A DNA stretch of 64,000 nt from Candidatus Komeilibacteria bacterium CG11_big_fil_rev_8_21_14_0_20_36_20 (GTDB lineage: Bacteria > Patescibacteriota > Patescibacteriia > UBA1558 > GWA2-36-10): assembly GCA_002787405.1 (NCBI GenBank), contig PCWQ01000007.1:166250-230249 (forward strand). The letters are read 5' to 3'. The first letter of the stretch is position 1. Each line of letters starts with the position of its first letter. Positions 30,951 to 41,366 of the stretch are shown one piece after another. Under the pieces are notes generated by a model. That model did no database searches. It was not told where the DNA came from and saw only the letters and a list, made by a program, of their open reading frames with translations. Made by a program: the position numbers and the translations under genes.

Positions 30951-33841
30951 TATTTTAAACCTAAAGTAATTTTCTCGCCGTTGATATCACACTCTTTGAA
31001 AATTTTGGGATTACTAGAGGATTCTTCTAAGCTGTCTGCTGAAGTGTTAGCTATTATTTCATCTTTAAAACTATTAATTATATCTTTCAAATAATCTGAA
31101 TCTGTTTGATAAGTTTCTACTGGATTATCGCTTGGTTTTAAGCCAGCTTGTTTGCGTAAGCTATTTATAAAACGGACTATTTCTCTAACCACGCCCTTGT
31201 CTTTTAAATCAGTTGTGAGATTTGTATTTAAAGAAATCGCAAATCCAAAATCATCTACTACCCAACCTTTTTTCTCACTTACTTTATTTACTATCTCTAT
31301 ATTTTCTATATTTAATTCGCTTTTTAATATATTAATATAATCCTGCTCTAATTTAATTTTATCGCCAAGTTTTATTTCTAAACTAGCTAAAGGCTGTCTT
31401 ACTTTTATGCCTGATTTGGCTCGTAAAGCGTGCGTTCTTTCTGCTACTTGTTTAATAACATCCATTTGATTCAAAATCTTTGTATCAACTAATTTGTTAT
31501 TTAATTTTTTCCACTCTTCCAGATGCACTGATTCTGCCTGATTATCAAACTCTTGATAAATTATTTCCGCGCTCATTGGCGCAAAGGGAGCAATAATTTT
31601 TGCTAATTCTTTAAGCACAAATGCTAAAATTTCAATAGCTTGCTGATCTCCTGCTTTAAATCTATCACGAGATCTTCTGACATACCAAGTTGAAAGACTA
31701 TCAATAAAATCAAAGATGGCTCGAGTTGGTTTTACTAAATTATAAGCTTCCATTTCAGTACCTACTTCATGCTGAAGTTTAACAAGCTTACTGACAATCC
31801 ACTGATCAAGATTATGATCAATTTTCTTTGGTAATTCTCCTTTAAATTTCTTCTCGCCAGAAAATATCAAATAAAAATTCAGTACATTTTGTAGAATACC
31901 TGTGAAACGACGATAGATTGTATTAAGATCTTTTTCCACAAAAGAAAGATTTTCAGCCAGCATCACTGGCGAAGAAAGTAAATACATGCGCAAAGCATCA
32001 GCACCATATTTTTCCATTATTACATCTGGCTCTGGATAGTTTTGTAATTTCTTAGACATCTTCTTGCCATCTTCAGCCAAAACAATACCGTTGACGATCA
32101 CATTTTTGTAGGCCACTTTATTTTTTATAGCTGTAGAAATGACATGTAGATAATAAAACCAAGCTCGGGTCTGATCTGATCCTTCGGCAATAAATTCAGC
32201 GGGAAATCTCTGGTCAAAAATTTCTTTGTTTTCAAAAGGATAATGAAAAGAAGCATAGGGCATAGAGCCAGATTCAAACCAACAGTCCAAAACATCAGGA
32301 ATGCGCTTCATGGTGCCACCGCAAGAACAAACAAAGGTTATTTTATCTACCACATGTTTATGTAAATCACTCACTTTTTGATTGCTGGCTTTTTCTAAGT
32401 CAGCCACTGAACCAAAAACTTTTTTCTCTTCACACTTGTCACATTGCCAAATTGGAATAACCGAAGCCCAAAATCTTTGTCGAGAAATTGACCAATCACG
32501 AGCGCCTTCCAGCCATTTGCCAAAACGGCCTTTTTTAATATGAGCCGGCGACCAATTAATATCCTGAGCCAATTTCAAGGCCTGATCTTTAATTTTAGTT
32601 ACGTTCACAAACCAAGATGAAGTGGCATAATTTAGCAAAGGCGTATCGCAACGCCAACAATGGGGATAGCTGTGCTGATATTTTTCTTTGGAAAATAATA
32701 AATTCTTTTTAGCCAAATATTGAATAATTTTAACATCAGTGGCTTGAGTATCGCCTTTTGGTTTTACATTTAACCCTGCAAACTCACCAGCATCTTCTTT
32801 AATACTGCCATCCATCTTAACATGCTGAACAAAAGGCAATTTTTTCTCTTTACCTAAATTCATATCATCTTCACCAAAAGCCGGCGCAATATGAACAATG
32901 CCCGTGCCTTCTTTAGTAGTCACAAAATCGCCATGGTAAATCTGCCAGCCATTTGTATGATTTTCTAATTTTTTATCTTTAGAATAATAATCAAATAATG
33001 GCTGATATTTCTGACCAATTAATTTATGGCCTTTGAATTCTTCTATAATCTCATATTTCTGATCTTTAAAAATTTGTTTAACTAAATCTTTGGCTAAAAT
33101 AAAATTTTCGTTATTTAATTTTATTTTCACATAATCAATATCTTTGCCAATCGCCAAAGCAACATTACCAATCAAAGTCCAAGGCGTGGTGGTCCAAGCT
33201 AAAACATAAGTGCCTGGCTCGTCAACTAATTCGAATTTAGCGGTCAAAGACAAATCTTTAACATCCTGATAACCTTCGGTCACTTCAGACTGAGATAAAG
33301 TGGTTTCACAACGCGGACAAATATGCATGGAACGATAATCTTCATAAATTAATCCTTTATCCCAAAGCTCTTTAAAAACCCACCAGATAGATTCCATAAA
33401 ATCCAAATCCATGGTTTTGTAGGCATTATCCATATCCACCCAGCGTCCCAAGCGCCGAATAACCATTTTCCAAGCATCAGCATATTCCAAAACTTTACTG
33501 CAACATTTCTGATTAAATTTATCTATACCTAAATTTTCAATTTCTTTTTTAGTGGTATACTTTAATTCTTTTTCTACAATATTTTCAATGGGCAAACCAT
33601 GGCAGTCCCAGCCCCATCTTCTGGCTACCCGATAACCTTTCATGGTCCAAAAACGAGGCACCACATCTTTCATGATGCTGGCTACCAAATGACCGTAATG
33701 GGGTGTACCTGTAGCAAAAGGCGGACCATCATAAAAAAGATAGTCTCCTTGCGGGGCCTCCTTGTCCACTGATTTCTGAAAAATCTTTTCTTGATCCCAA
33801 AAATCCAATATTTTCTTTTCTTGATCCTTAAAATCGGGCAT
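30950..33841 (-). CDS. ileS: isoleucyl-tRNA synthetase (type 2)
   Basis: 963 aa with HIGH (PHYGHLVAS), KMSKS (KMSKKLQNYP), GWDCHGLP, and an editing domain. Confidence 0.95.
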   Translation of the reverse strand: MPDFKDQEKKILDFWDQEKIFQKSVDKEAPQGDYLFYDGPPFATGTPHYGHLVASIMKDVVPRFWTMKGYRVARRWGWDCHGLPIENIVEKELKYTTKKEIENLGIDKFNQKCCSKVLEYADAWKMVIRRLGRWVDMDNAYKTMDLDFMESIWWVFKELWDKGLIYEDYRSMHICPRCETTLSQSEVTEGYQDVKDLSLTAKFELVDEPGTYVLAWTTTPWTLIGNVALAIGKDIDYVKIKLNNENFILAKDLVKQIFKDQKYEIIEEFKGHKLIGQKYQPLFDYYSKDKKLENHTNGWQIYHGDFVTTKEGTGIVHIAPAFGEDDMNLGKEKKLPFVQHVKMDGSIKEDAGEFAGLNVKPKGDTQATDVKIIQYLAKKNLLFSKEKYQHSYPHCWRCDTPLLNYATSSWFVNVTKIKDQALKLAQDINWSPAHIKKGRFGKWLEGARDWSISRQRFWASVIPIWQCDKCEEKKVFGSVADLEKASNQKVSDLHKHVVDKITFVCSCGGTMKRIPDVLDCWFESGSMPYASFHYPFENKEIFDQRFPAEFIAEGSDQTRAWFYYLHVISTAIKNKVAYKNVIVNGIVLAEDGKKMSKKLQNYPEPDVIMEKYGADALRMYLLSSPVMLAENLSFVEKDLNTIYRRFTGILQNVLNFYLIFSGEKKFKGELPKKIDHNLDQWIVSKLVKLQHEVGTEMEAYNLVKPTRAIFDFIDSLSTWYVRRSRDRFKAGDQQAIEILAFVLKELAKIIAPFAPMSAEIIYQEFDNQAESVHLEEWKKLNNKLVDTKILNQMDVIKQVAERTHALRAKSGIKVRQPLASLEIKLGDKIKLEQDYINILKSELNIENIEIVNKVSEKKGWVVDDFGFAISLNTNLTTDLKDKGVVREIVRFINSLRKQAGLKPSDNPVETYQTDSDYLKDIINSFKDEIIANTSADSLEESSSNPKIFKECDINGEKITLGLK

Positions 33842-34130
33842 TTTGTTGACTTCAGTAATTAATAGTAAGTAAAAATTATTTTAACTTAAAAATCTCTCTT
33901 TGACAAATCCTTAATCAGACTAAAAAAATAAAGAATAAAGAATCTGCCACCAGTTTTTTTTCTTTCTTTGATCAGCTCTAGTACGACGATTCTTGTGCCA
34001 ATAACTGGGCACTATAAAAATTTTGTCTAATTTCTTCTTCATCTCGTTAGAAATTTAATATTCATTTTACTTTTGTCCTATTAGAAATTAAGTGTTGCAA
34101 TTTCTAACGGGACTCATATTTTTAAAATTT

Positions 34131-34178
34131 AAACCCTCTGGCTTCCAAGCATGATTAAAGTCAGAGGGTCTTTTTTAT
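34131..34178. terminator. bidirectional hairpin terminator overlapping the stop of the MerR-like gene
   Basis: ACCCTCTG (34133-40) pairs with CAGAGGGT (34162-69) across a 21-nt loop. Plus-strand tail is TCTTTTTTAT and minus-strand tail is TTAAATTTTAAAAAT. Confidence 0.55.
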
Positions 34179-34418
34179 CTCCTTAATAGTTAACCTTTTT
34201 TTATTTTGCAAATCATTTATCTTATTTAAAATTTTTAGGGCCTTCTGAGGATCATAAAGCCGATAGCCGCCCTGACTAAAACCATCAGCCGGCAACAAAC
34301 CTTCGCGAGTGTAAAAATTAATCGTTGACGGCAAAACCGAAAACATCCTGGCTAATTCACCAATTTTTACTAAATGGCTATCCTTTGGCTTCAATTGATA
34401 ACTACTCCTCTTTTGCAT
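34161..34418 (-). CDS. MerR-family helix-turn-helix DNA-binding protein
   Basis: 85 aa with an HTH matching the MerR N-domain (IGELARMFSVLPSTINFYTREGLL). Confidence 0.65.
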   Translation of the reverse strand: MQKRSSYQLKPKDSHLVKIGELARMFSVLPSTINFYTREGLLPADGFSQGGYRLYDPQKALKILNKINDLQNKKRLTIKEIKKTL

Positions 34419-34487
34419 AGATTGTTGTTATTATAAACCATAAACTAGAAAGTGTAAAGTAGTTATTATCACTTTATATTTAGAATA

Positions 34488-34530
34488 AATAAAAGGATTG
34501 AATTTCTGTTCAACCCTTTTATAAAGATTG
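34488..34530 (-). terminator. intrinsic terminator after the 34536..34817 gene
   Basis: Minus strand AAAAGGGTTGAA-cagaaa-TTCAATCCTTTT (one mismatch) followed by TTTTATTTATT. Confidence 0.55.
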
Positions 34531-34535
34531 TGTGA

Positions 34536-34817
34536 TTAAGTTGGTAAGGCGGCAATTTCTACCTTAAATTCTTCTATGAGACGATCCAAGATTTCTATAG
34601 GATCATCCTCATAATTAACCACAAGCATCTCATTGCCTCTCATTAAATCCGGCGCAGTTAATTTGAGAGCTTCGATAATACGCTCTCTAAAACCTGGGCT
34701 TTTATCTCTTATCGCGATTAATGTTGCTTTCACATCACTGTTTGTTGGGTCATCTTCCAAAGCTTTACGGATATCAGTACAAGCTATCTCAAATACTTTA
34801 TCGGTCAATAGCGACAT
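34536..34817 (-). CDS. hypothetical protein (start corrected to the internal ATG with a strong SD)
   Basis: 93 aa. AAGGAGGGAG sits 4 nt before ATG 34817. The track ORF began at an upstream TTG. Confidence 0.6.
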   Translation of the reverse strand: MSLLTDKVFEIACTDIRKALEDDPTNSDVKATLIAIRDKSPGFRERIIEALKLTAPDLMRGNEMLVVNYEDDPIEILDRLIEEFKVEIAALPT

Positions 34818-34897
34818 ATCTCCCTCCTTCAAGATAAATAATTTATTATTAAAATAACAGTTTAGATCTTTCTATCACTATTAATATTGTTTGTCAA

Positions 34898-34930
34898 TAA
34901 AATAAAAACTCCCCCGCGTTGTGGGGGAAT
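34898..34930 (-). terminator. intrinsic terminator after the 34948..35481 gene
   Basis: Minus strand TTCCCCCAC-aacgc-GGGGGAG followed by TTTTTATTTT. Confidence 0.75.
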
Positions 34931-34947
34931 TTTCTAAAAAATTTTAA

Positions 34948-35481
34948 TTACTGTTGACTAGCGGCCTGCTTAACCTTTTGAATCTCTTGATAAATCTCCG
35001 AATCTTGACCGATCTCATCTATAGCCACTACTTTATCTCGGTTGATCTGCAAATACCCTTGTGGCTGATGCCACTCTTGGCTGCGCGCCATCAAAACTGG
35101 CACATTAACCACCTGTGGCTCCTCGCCTTCTACTTCCGAAGGGACAGTTTGCTGTTGGGTTTGAATATAATAAACATCATCTAAATAAAGATTGAGAGAA
35201 TCTTCCTTAACTATCTTGGCGTAATAGACTTGGCCGTTATCCATATAAACGACTTTGAATTTCAATTCTTTCTGTAAACTGGTGCTCTGCATCATAAAAT
35301 AGACAATAGAAGCTAAAACAATAATCACCACAATCAAAGTGGCAAACAACCAACCCTTACCCCGATGGACCATAGGTTTTTGAGAAACAAATTGCTCAAA
35401 ATCCAATAATTCTTCTTTGGATTCTACTTTATTAACTGGCTTTTTTGACCGACTAGCCAGAGAGGTTTTTTTAATAGGCAT
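34948..35481 (-). CDS. hypothetical single-pass membrane protein
   Basis: 177 aa with a basic N-terminus and one TM helix (WLFATLIVVIIVLASIVYFMM). Confidence 0.55.
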   Translation of the reverse strand: MPIKKTSLASRSKKPVNKVESKEELLDFEQFVSQKPMVHRGKGWLFATLIVVIIVLASIVYFMMQSTSLQKELKFKVVYMDNGQVYYAKIVKEDSLNLYLDDVYYIQTQQQTVPSEVEGEEPQVVNVPVLMARSQEWHQPQGYLQINRDKVVAIDEIGQDSEIYQEIQKVKQAASQQ

Positions 35482-35655
35482 AAATCAATGATTAATTTTT
35501 ATAGTAGATCTATTTTAGCAATTATTTTAAAGTAAGTAAATAGCTATCCTCCTTACACAATTTTACAAAAAACTCTCTCTATACTATTATAATAGTCAAT
35601 AGATTATCCCGCCTTCGGACGGGACCCTTTGGCGGGGTGGTTAATTTAAAATTAT

Positions 35656-36744
35656 ATGAAAAGCGATTTAAATGAAAAACTACTTTTATTCTTTTTTTCC
35701 AAAATCAAGGGATTGGGTTCAGGCACACTCTGGTCATTGATAAAATCCTATGGCAGTTGCCAAGCTCTATACCAGGCAGCCCGAGAAAACGATCCTCTTT
35801 TAGGCAGTCGTCTGACTCAATTAATCCAGCAACCTCAGAGAAATAAAAACTTTCAAACTACAGTCAAAAAAGAATTTGATCAAATTCAGGAAAATTATCT
35901 TACTATTCTTGATGATGACTATCCACGATTATTGCAAAAAATCTATGATCCGCCTCTTTTCTTATTTTATCGAGGTCAGACAAAAATTCTTAAAAATCAA
36001 TCTCTGACTGTGGTTGGTTCTCGGAAAATCACCAACTATCATCAATCCGCTACTGAAAAAATTATCCAACAATTAAGCCCGGCTCCTCTAACCATTGCTA
36101 GTGGCCTAGCCATCGGCATTGATGCTCTTAGTCATCAAGCTGCTTTGAAAAATAACTTGCCAACTGTTGCTGTGCTTGGCTCTGGCTTATCAGAAACAGT
36201 CTTATACCCCCAAACGAATATTCAATTAGCCAGAAAAATAATTGAAAATAACGGCTTATTGCTTTCTGAACATCCCAGCCACACCAGACCGGAACTGCAT
36301 CATTTTCCCAGACGCAATCGTATTCTGGCTGGTTTATCTAAAATCACTATTGTTATTTCCGGTGCCTTAAAATCCGGCACCTTGATTACTGCTCAAGTAG
36401 CTCTGGATGAAAATCGTGAAGTTTATGCTCTGCCCGGCAACATTAATATGACTTTATCATTAGGGCCAAATTCTCTGATTGCCAATGGAGCTAATATACT
36501 TTTATCAGCCAATAGTATTTTGGAGGCCTACAATTTTAATAATAAAACATCTAGCCCTAAAATAAAATTTAACAATTTATTGGAGAAAAAAATATATGAT
36601 CTGATTCAAATTGAGCCGCTGACCTTAGAACAGCTGTCACAAAAACTTAAATTATCCCTAATGGAAATCAATATTTCTATTTCTCAACTGGAGATTCAGG
36701 GAATTTTAAAGATTAATCAATTTAATCAGATTGAAATTATATGA
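35656..36744 (+). CDS. dprA: DNA processing protein DprA (Smf)
   Basis: 362 aa with a DprA Rossmann-like core (LTVVGSRKITNYHQSATEKI ... VVISGALKSGTLITAQ). Confidence 0.88.
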   Translation: MKSDLNEKLLLFFFSKIKGLGSGTLWSLIKSYGSCQALYQAARENDPLLGSRLTQLIQQPQRNKNFQTTVKKEFDQIQENYLTILDDDYPRLLQKIYDPPLFLFYRGQTKILKNQSLTVVGSRKITNYHQSATEKIIQQLSPAPLTIASGLAIGIDALSHQAALKNNLPTVAVLGSGLSETVLYPQTNIQLARKIIENNGLLLSEHPSHTRPELHHFPRRNRILAGLSKITIVISGALKSGTLITAQVALDENREVYALPGNINMTLSLGPNSLIANGANILLSANSILEAYNFNNKTSSPKIKFNNLLEKKIYDLIQIEPLTLEQLSQKLKLSLMEINISISQLEIQGILKINQFNQIEII

Positions 36745-37376
36745 AAATAAAATTATCACAAGAGCAAAAAATAAATCTCTTACAAACGGTTTTTATTGCT
36801 TTTATTATCCTAGCCAACTTAGTAGGAGCTAAGGTGATTAATCTCGGTCCAATTGATGTCTCAGTCGCTGTCTGGCTTATGCCTGTTTTATTTTTAATTA
36901 CTGATATTTTAACAGAAATCAAAGGACCCCAATTTGTCCGCCAATTAATCTGGTCAACTTCTTTTGTTTTGATTATCAGCTTGGTTGTGATTCAAATCAT
37001 GGTCCATCTCCAACCAGCTGAACGATTTATAAATAACGAATCCTATGTTACTACTTTTCAAAACAGCAGCCGGATGATTTTAGCTTCAGTGATTGCTTTT
37101 GTTATCTCTCAAATACATGATGTTTGGGCTTTTGATTTTTGGAAAAGAAAAACTCACGGCAAGCATCTCTGGCTGCGTAATAATTTATCAACTATTGTCA
37201 GCCAATTTATTGATACGGTTATCTTTATGTTTTTGGCTTTTTATTATTTGACCCCAAAATTTGACTTTGTTTATATCTGGCAATTGATTCTGCCCTATTA
37301 TTTGCTAAAATTAATTCTGGCTCTGGGTGATACTCCTTTTGCTTATTTGGGTGTCCGCTGGCTTAGAAAAAAATAA
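36741..37376 (+). CDS. YhhQ/Vut-family queuosine-precursor transporter
   Basis: 211 aa with 6 TM helices. Conserved blocks ITDILTEIKGPQ and LSTIVSQFIDTVIFMFLAF align with YhhQ. Confidence 0.7.
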   Translation: MKIKLSQEQKINLLQTVFIAFIILANLVGAKVINLGPIDVSVAVWLMPVLFLITDILTEIKGPQFVRQLIWSTSFVLIISLVVIQIMVHLQPAERFINNESYVTTFQNSSRMILASVIAFVISQIHDVWAFDFWKRKTHGKHLWLRNNLSTIVSQFIDTVIFMFLAFYYLTPKFDFVYIWQLILPYYLLKLILALGDTPFAYLGVRWLRKK

Positions 37377-37381
37377 ATAAA

Positions 37382-38677
37382 ATGAAAACCTACCAAAAAG
37401 ATATTGCTTTTCTGGAGTCTCTGGCTAATCTACCACAAAAAAATTATTTATTGGGGCTAAAAGACCGTAGTATTTTTTTGATTCGTTTAAAAAACTTTTT
37501 AACCTTAGTTGGCAATCCCCAGAATAAATTAAAATTTATTCACATTGCCGGGACTAGTGGTAAAGGATCCACGGTTGGAATTTTACGCGAGTTGATGGCT
37601 AACGCCAGATTAAAAGTCGGCTCCTATACTTCACCTTTTGCAACAACCAGTTTGGAGAAGATACAAATTAACCAAAATTTAATTTCCCCAAAAGATTTAC
37701 ATCAAATTCTGGAACAGAAAATAAAGCCCGCTTTGAATAAATATATTTTAAAATTTCCCACTGAACCGATTTCCTATTTTGAAGCTTGGCTGGCCATTGG
37801 TCTCTTATATTATCAGCAGGCAGAATGCAACTGGGTAATTTTGGAAACCGGCCTAGGAGGCACTCATGACGCCACTAATGTCATTACTCACCCTAAAATC
37901 ACAGCTATTACTAATATTGGTCTGGATCATACTCATATCTTGGGCCATACTAAAAAGAAAATCGCCCAAGATAAGGCCGGAATTATCAAAAAAGGCAGCC
38001 GATTTTTAACCACTGAAAAATCTCCCAAACTGATTAGTATTTTCAAATCTGTGACTAAAAAAAAGAAAGCTAAATTTATTGTTTTAAAAAATTTAACCAG
38101 ACAATATGATGGAGGAACATATTTCAGTACCCCTCGGCAAAAAAATAATTTAAACTTGGCTTTAAATGTTCTGGATGTTTTAAAAATTAAACCGCGTCAA
38201 GTTCAAAAAATAATCAACAATTTTCAACTCATCTGCCGACAAGAAATTATCCAAAAAAATCCTCTGGTAATTTTAGACGGCGCCCATAATCCCGACAAAC
38301 TATCTAATCTGGTTAATTTTATAAAACAACAAAAATATAAAAAACTACACCTAATTATCGGTCTGGCTGAAAATAAAGACTGCCGCCAAGCCCTGAAAAA
38401 AATACTGCCCCTAGCTGATTATCTTTATTTAACCCGTTTTTTAGTGATCCAACGCAAAACAGCTGCTTTAAGAAAACTATACCAACAAAGCCGGCGAATT
38501 TCTAAAATCCCCTGTCAATTATTTTTAGACCCACACCAAGCTTTAGAGGCCGCTTTCGCTCAAGCTAGACAGTCGGATTTAATCTTAATAACCGGATCAT
38601 TCTTTTTAACAGGCGAGCTCCGCAAATATTGGATTACAGAAGAATATATTATTAAAAATTTAAAAACTTTTAAATAA
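37382..38677 (+). CDS. folC: folylpolyglutamate synthase/dihydrofolate synthase (Mur-ligase family)
   Basis: 431 aa with P-loop IHIAGTSGKGST and Mur-ligase middle/C domains. Confidence 0.85.
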   Translation: MKTYQKDIAFLESLANLPQKNYLLGLKDRSIFLIRLKNFLTLVGNPQNKLKFIHIAGTSGKGSTVGILRELMANARLKVGSYTSPFATTSLEKIQINQNLISPKDLHQILEQKIKPALNKYILKFPTEPISYFEAWLAIGLLYYQQAECNWVILETGLGGTHDATNVITHPKITAITNIGLDHTHILGHTKKKIAQDKAGIIKKGSRFLTTEKSPKLISIFKSVTKKKKAKFIVLKNLTRQYDGGTYFSTPRQKNNLNLALNVLDVLKIKPRQVQKIINNFQLICRQEIIQKNPLVILDGAHNPDKLSNLVNFIKQQKYKKLHLIIGLAENKDCRQALKKILPLADYLYLTRFLVIQRKTAALRKLYQQSRRISKIPCQLFLDPHQALEAAFAQARQSDLILITGSFFLTGELRKYWITEEYIIKNLKTFK

Positions 38678-38721
38678 AGATACTTGCCAAAAAATAAATT
38701 TTGTTATATAGTCCGAACTAT

Positions 38722-40920
38722 ATGTCTAAATTAGTCATTGTTGAATCACCAACTAAAGCCAAAACAATCAAGGGATTCTTAGGTAAAGAATATAAAGTAG
38801 AATCCTCTTTTGGCCACATTAGAGATCTGCCTAAAAGCAAGATTGGAGTTGATGTTGAAAATAATTTTGAACCTACTTATGTTATCCCCGCCAAAGCAAA
38901 AAAAAGAGTTAATGAGTTAAAAAAACTGGCGGAAAAAGCAGAGATGGTCTATTTTGCTACTGATGAAGATCGGGAAGGCGAAGCGATTAGCTGGCATCTT
39001 CAGAAAATTTTTCAGCTGCCCAAAGATAAGCAAAAACGAATTGCTTTTCATGAAATCACAAAAAAAGCTATTGATGCCGCCTTGGCTAATCCTCGCGATA
39101 TCAATTCTGATTTGGTAGATGCCCAACAAGCCCGTCGTATCTTGGATCGCCTGGTCGGCTATAAATTGTCACCTTTGCTTTGGAAAAAAGTAGCCAAGGG
39201 GCTTTCCGCTGGACGAGTCCAATCAGCCGCTCTACGTTTAATAGTAGAAAGGGAAGAAGAGCGTAATAAATTTAAAGCAGAAGAGTATTGGACGGTAGAA
39301 GGTTTAGCTAATAAAAATTCCCAAAAATTTAAAGTTGCTCTTTACCAAGAAAATAAAAAAACTCTGGGTAAGTTTGATTTAGATAAAAATAAAGCTCAAA
39401 CGGCCGTTAAGGATATTCAACTAGCTGAATTAATCGTCAGTAAGGTCGAGGCCAAGAAAACTAACAAAACCCCCCTCCCTCCTTTTACTACTTCTACCTT
39501 GCAGCAGGATGCTAACCGCCGTTTTGGCTATTCGGCCAAACAAACAATGATGCTGGCCCAACAGTTATATGAAGGAATCAAACTGAACGGACGAGGTACA
39601 GTTGGTTTAATCACTTATATGAGAACTGACTCTTTAAATTTATCAGATGATTTTATCGAGCAAGTCAATAATTATCTTAAAAATAACTTAGGTTCCGAAT
39701 ATACTGTCACTGGCGGCAGAAAGTTTAAGAAAAAATCAAAATTAGTTCAAGAAGCTCATGAGGCCATTCGACCGACTGATGTAGAAAATGAGCCATCGGA
39801 AATTAAATCATATTTGGACAAAAGACAATATAAAATTTACGAACTGATCTGGCAAAGAGCCGTAGCTTCGCAAATGGCTGAAGCGGTCATTGAAACTACT
39901 TCTGTGGTTATTGACGCCAAAAATACTCCTTGGAATCTTAAGGCAGTCGGCTCGGTTATGAAATTTTTGGGCTGGAAAAAAATCTACCAGAGCAACGGCG
40001 AAGACAACCAGTTGCCTGAATTAAAAAAAAACGACCAGATTAATTTAGAAAAACTTGAAGCTTTGCAACACTTTACTGTCCCCCCTGCCAGATATTCTGA
40101 AGCTGGTTTAGTCAAAGCTATGGAAAAATTAGGTATTGGTCGACCATCCACTTATGCCCCCACTATTGCTACTTTAATAACGCGTAAATATACTACTAAA
40201 GAAGAAAAACGCCTAGCACCAACTGAAATCGCCATCATCGTCAATAAACTACTAGTGGAACATTTCCCCGATGTAGTTGATTATGGCTTTACTGCGGAAA
40301 TGGAAGATGATCTTGATCATATTGCCCACGGTCAAAAAGAGTGGCAACCGATTATCGCTGAATTTTATCAACCATTCATTAAAAATTTAAATATGAAAGA
40401 AAAAGAATTAAATAAAAAAGAGATCACTGAAACTGCTACTGATGAAATTTGTGAAAAATGTGGTAGTCCAATGGTGATAAAATTAGGCCGGTTCGGAAAA
40501 TTTATGGCTTGCACTAATTATCCTGATTGTAAAAACACTAAACCTCTCAATGGCAACGGAGAAGTGGAAGAGCCAGAAAAAACTGATGAAAAATGTCCTA
40601 CCTGCGGAGCAGCGATGATTATTAAAACAGGCCGATTCGGAAAATTTATGGCTTGCCAAAATTATCCTAAATGTAAAACCACTAAAAATCTATCTAAAAG
40701 CACTGGGGCAAAATGCACCAAATGTCAAAAGGGCGAAATGGTAGAGAAATACACTAAAACAGGGAAAATATTTTACAGCTGCGACCAATATCCAGACTGC
40801 AAACATGCTGTCTGGTCAAAACCAACCGGCGAGTACTGCCCGGAATGTAAACAATTATTGCTCCATGCCGCTAAAAATACCATTAAGTGCGAAGAATGCA
40901 GCTTTGAAAAAACTGAATAA
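38722..40920 (+). CDS. topA: DNA topoisomerase I with C-terminal zinc ribbons
   Basis: About 732 aa from ATG 38722 with a TOPRIM N-terminus (LVIVESPTKAKTI), a catalytic Tyr region, and repeated CxxC...CxxC pairs at the C-terminus. Confidence 0.95.
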   Translation: MSKLVIVESPTKAKTIKGFLGKEYKVESSFGHIRDLPKSKIGVDVENNFEPTYVIPAKAKKRVNELKKLAEKAEMVYFATDEDREGEAISWHLQKIFQLPKDKQKRIAFHEITKKAIDAALANPRDINSDLVDAQQARRILDRLVGYKLSPLLWKKVAKGLSAGRVQSAALRLIVEREEERNKFKAEEYWTVEGLANKNSQKFKVALYQENKKTLGKFDLDKNKAQTAVKDIQLAELIVSKVEAKKTNKTPLPPFTTSTLQQDANRRFGYSAKQTMMLAQQLYEGIKLNGRGTVGLITYMRTDSLNLSDDFIEQVNNYLKNNLGSEYTVTGGRKFKKKSKLVQEAHEAIRPTDVENEPSEIKSYLDKRQYKIYELIWQRAVASQMAEAVIETTSVVIDAKNTPWNLKAVGSVMKFLGWKKIYQSNGEDNQLPELKKNDQINLEKLEALQHFTVPPARYSEAGLVKAMEKLGIGRPSTYAPTIATLITRKYTTKEEKRLAPTEIAIIVNKLLVEHFPDVVDYGFTAEMEDDLDHIAHGQKEWQPIIAEFYQPFIKNLNMKEKELNKKEITETATDEICEKCGSPMVIKLGRFGKFMACTNYPDCKNTKPLNGNGEVEEPEKTDEKCPTCGAAMIIKTGRFGKFMACQNYPKCKTTKNLSKSTGAKCTKCQKGEMVEKYTKTGKIFYSCDQYPDCKHAVWSKPTGEYCPECKQLLLHAAKNTIKCEECSFEKTE

Positions 40921-40940
40921 TTATTAATGACCCCTAAAAC

Positions 40941-40972
40941 AAAAATGGCCAACTTATTTGGCCATTTTTTAG
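40941..40972. terminator. bidirectional intrinsic terminator (topA and the zinc-ribbon gene)
   Basis: AATGGCCAA-cttattt-TTGGCCATT flanked by A-run and T-run. It lies between convergent genes. Confidence 0.8.
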
Positions 40973-40992
40973 GTTAAACTATTTTTGTCTCC

Positions 40993-41217
40993 TCAATTTT
41001 GAAAAGGGGCAATTAACTCTCTGCCGCAAGAACATTGAACCACTGGACCTTCGTGAGTTTCATCAATCTTTTCCCAGCACTGATCACAATACTCTTTTTG
41101 GCAGTTAGGACATTTAACCTTAATGTTTCCAATTGTACTCCCACAATTCTGGCAACCAAATTGTCTGCTAACTCTGATAATTAAAGCCTGCATCCTGTCT
41201 GATGTTCCTCTTGGCAT
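40993..41217 (-). CDS. small double zinc-ribbon protein
   Basis: 74 aa with four CxxC pairs (CQNC, CPNC, CDQC, CSC). Confidence 0.6.
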   Translation of the reverse strand: MPRGTSDRMQALIIRVSRQFGCQNCGSTIGNIKVKCPNCQKEYCDQCWEKIDETHEGPVVQCSCGRELIAPFQN

Positions 41218-41366
41218 AAATGCCTCCTTTATTAATTTAAGACCTATAAAAAGTACACCTATAAACTTACTCCATACTACAATAACTAAATAAAAAAAAC
41301 AAGTCTTAATATTATACTTGCCATTTTTAACAGTAAATACTAATATAGAGAGTATTAGATAAAAAT

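Noticed and set aside
33842-34160. T-box riboswitch upstream of ileS.
   Set aside because: The only GGUGG is followed by CAGA rather than NACCGCG. No specifier-loop/AGAGA architecture was found. Kept only as a low-confidence long-leader finding.
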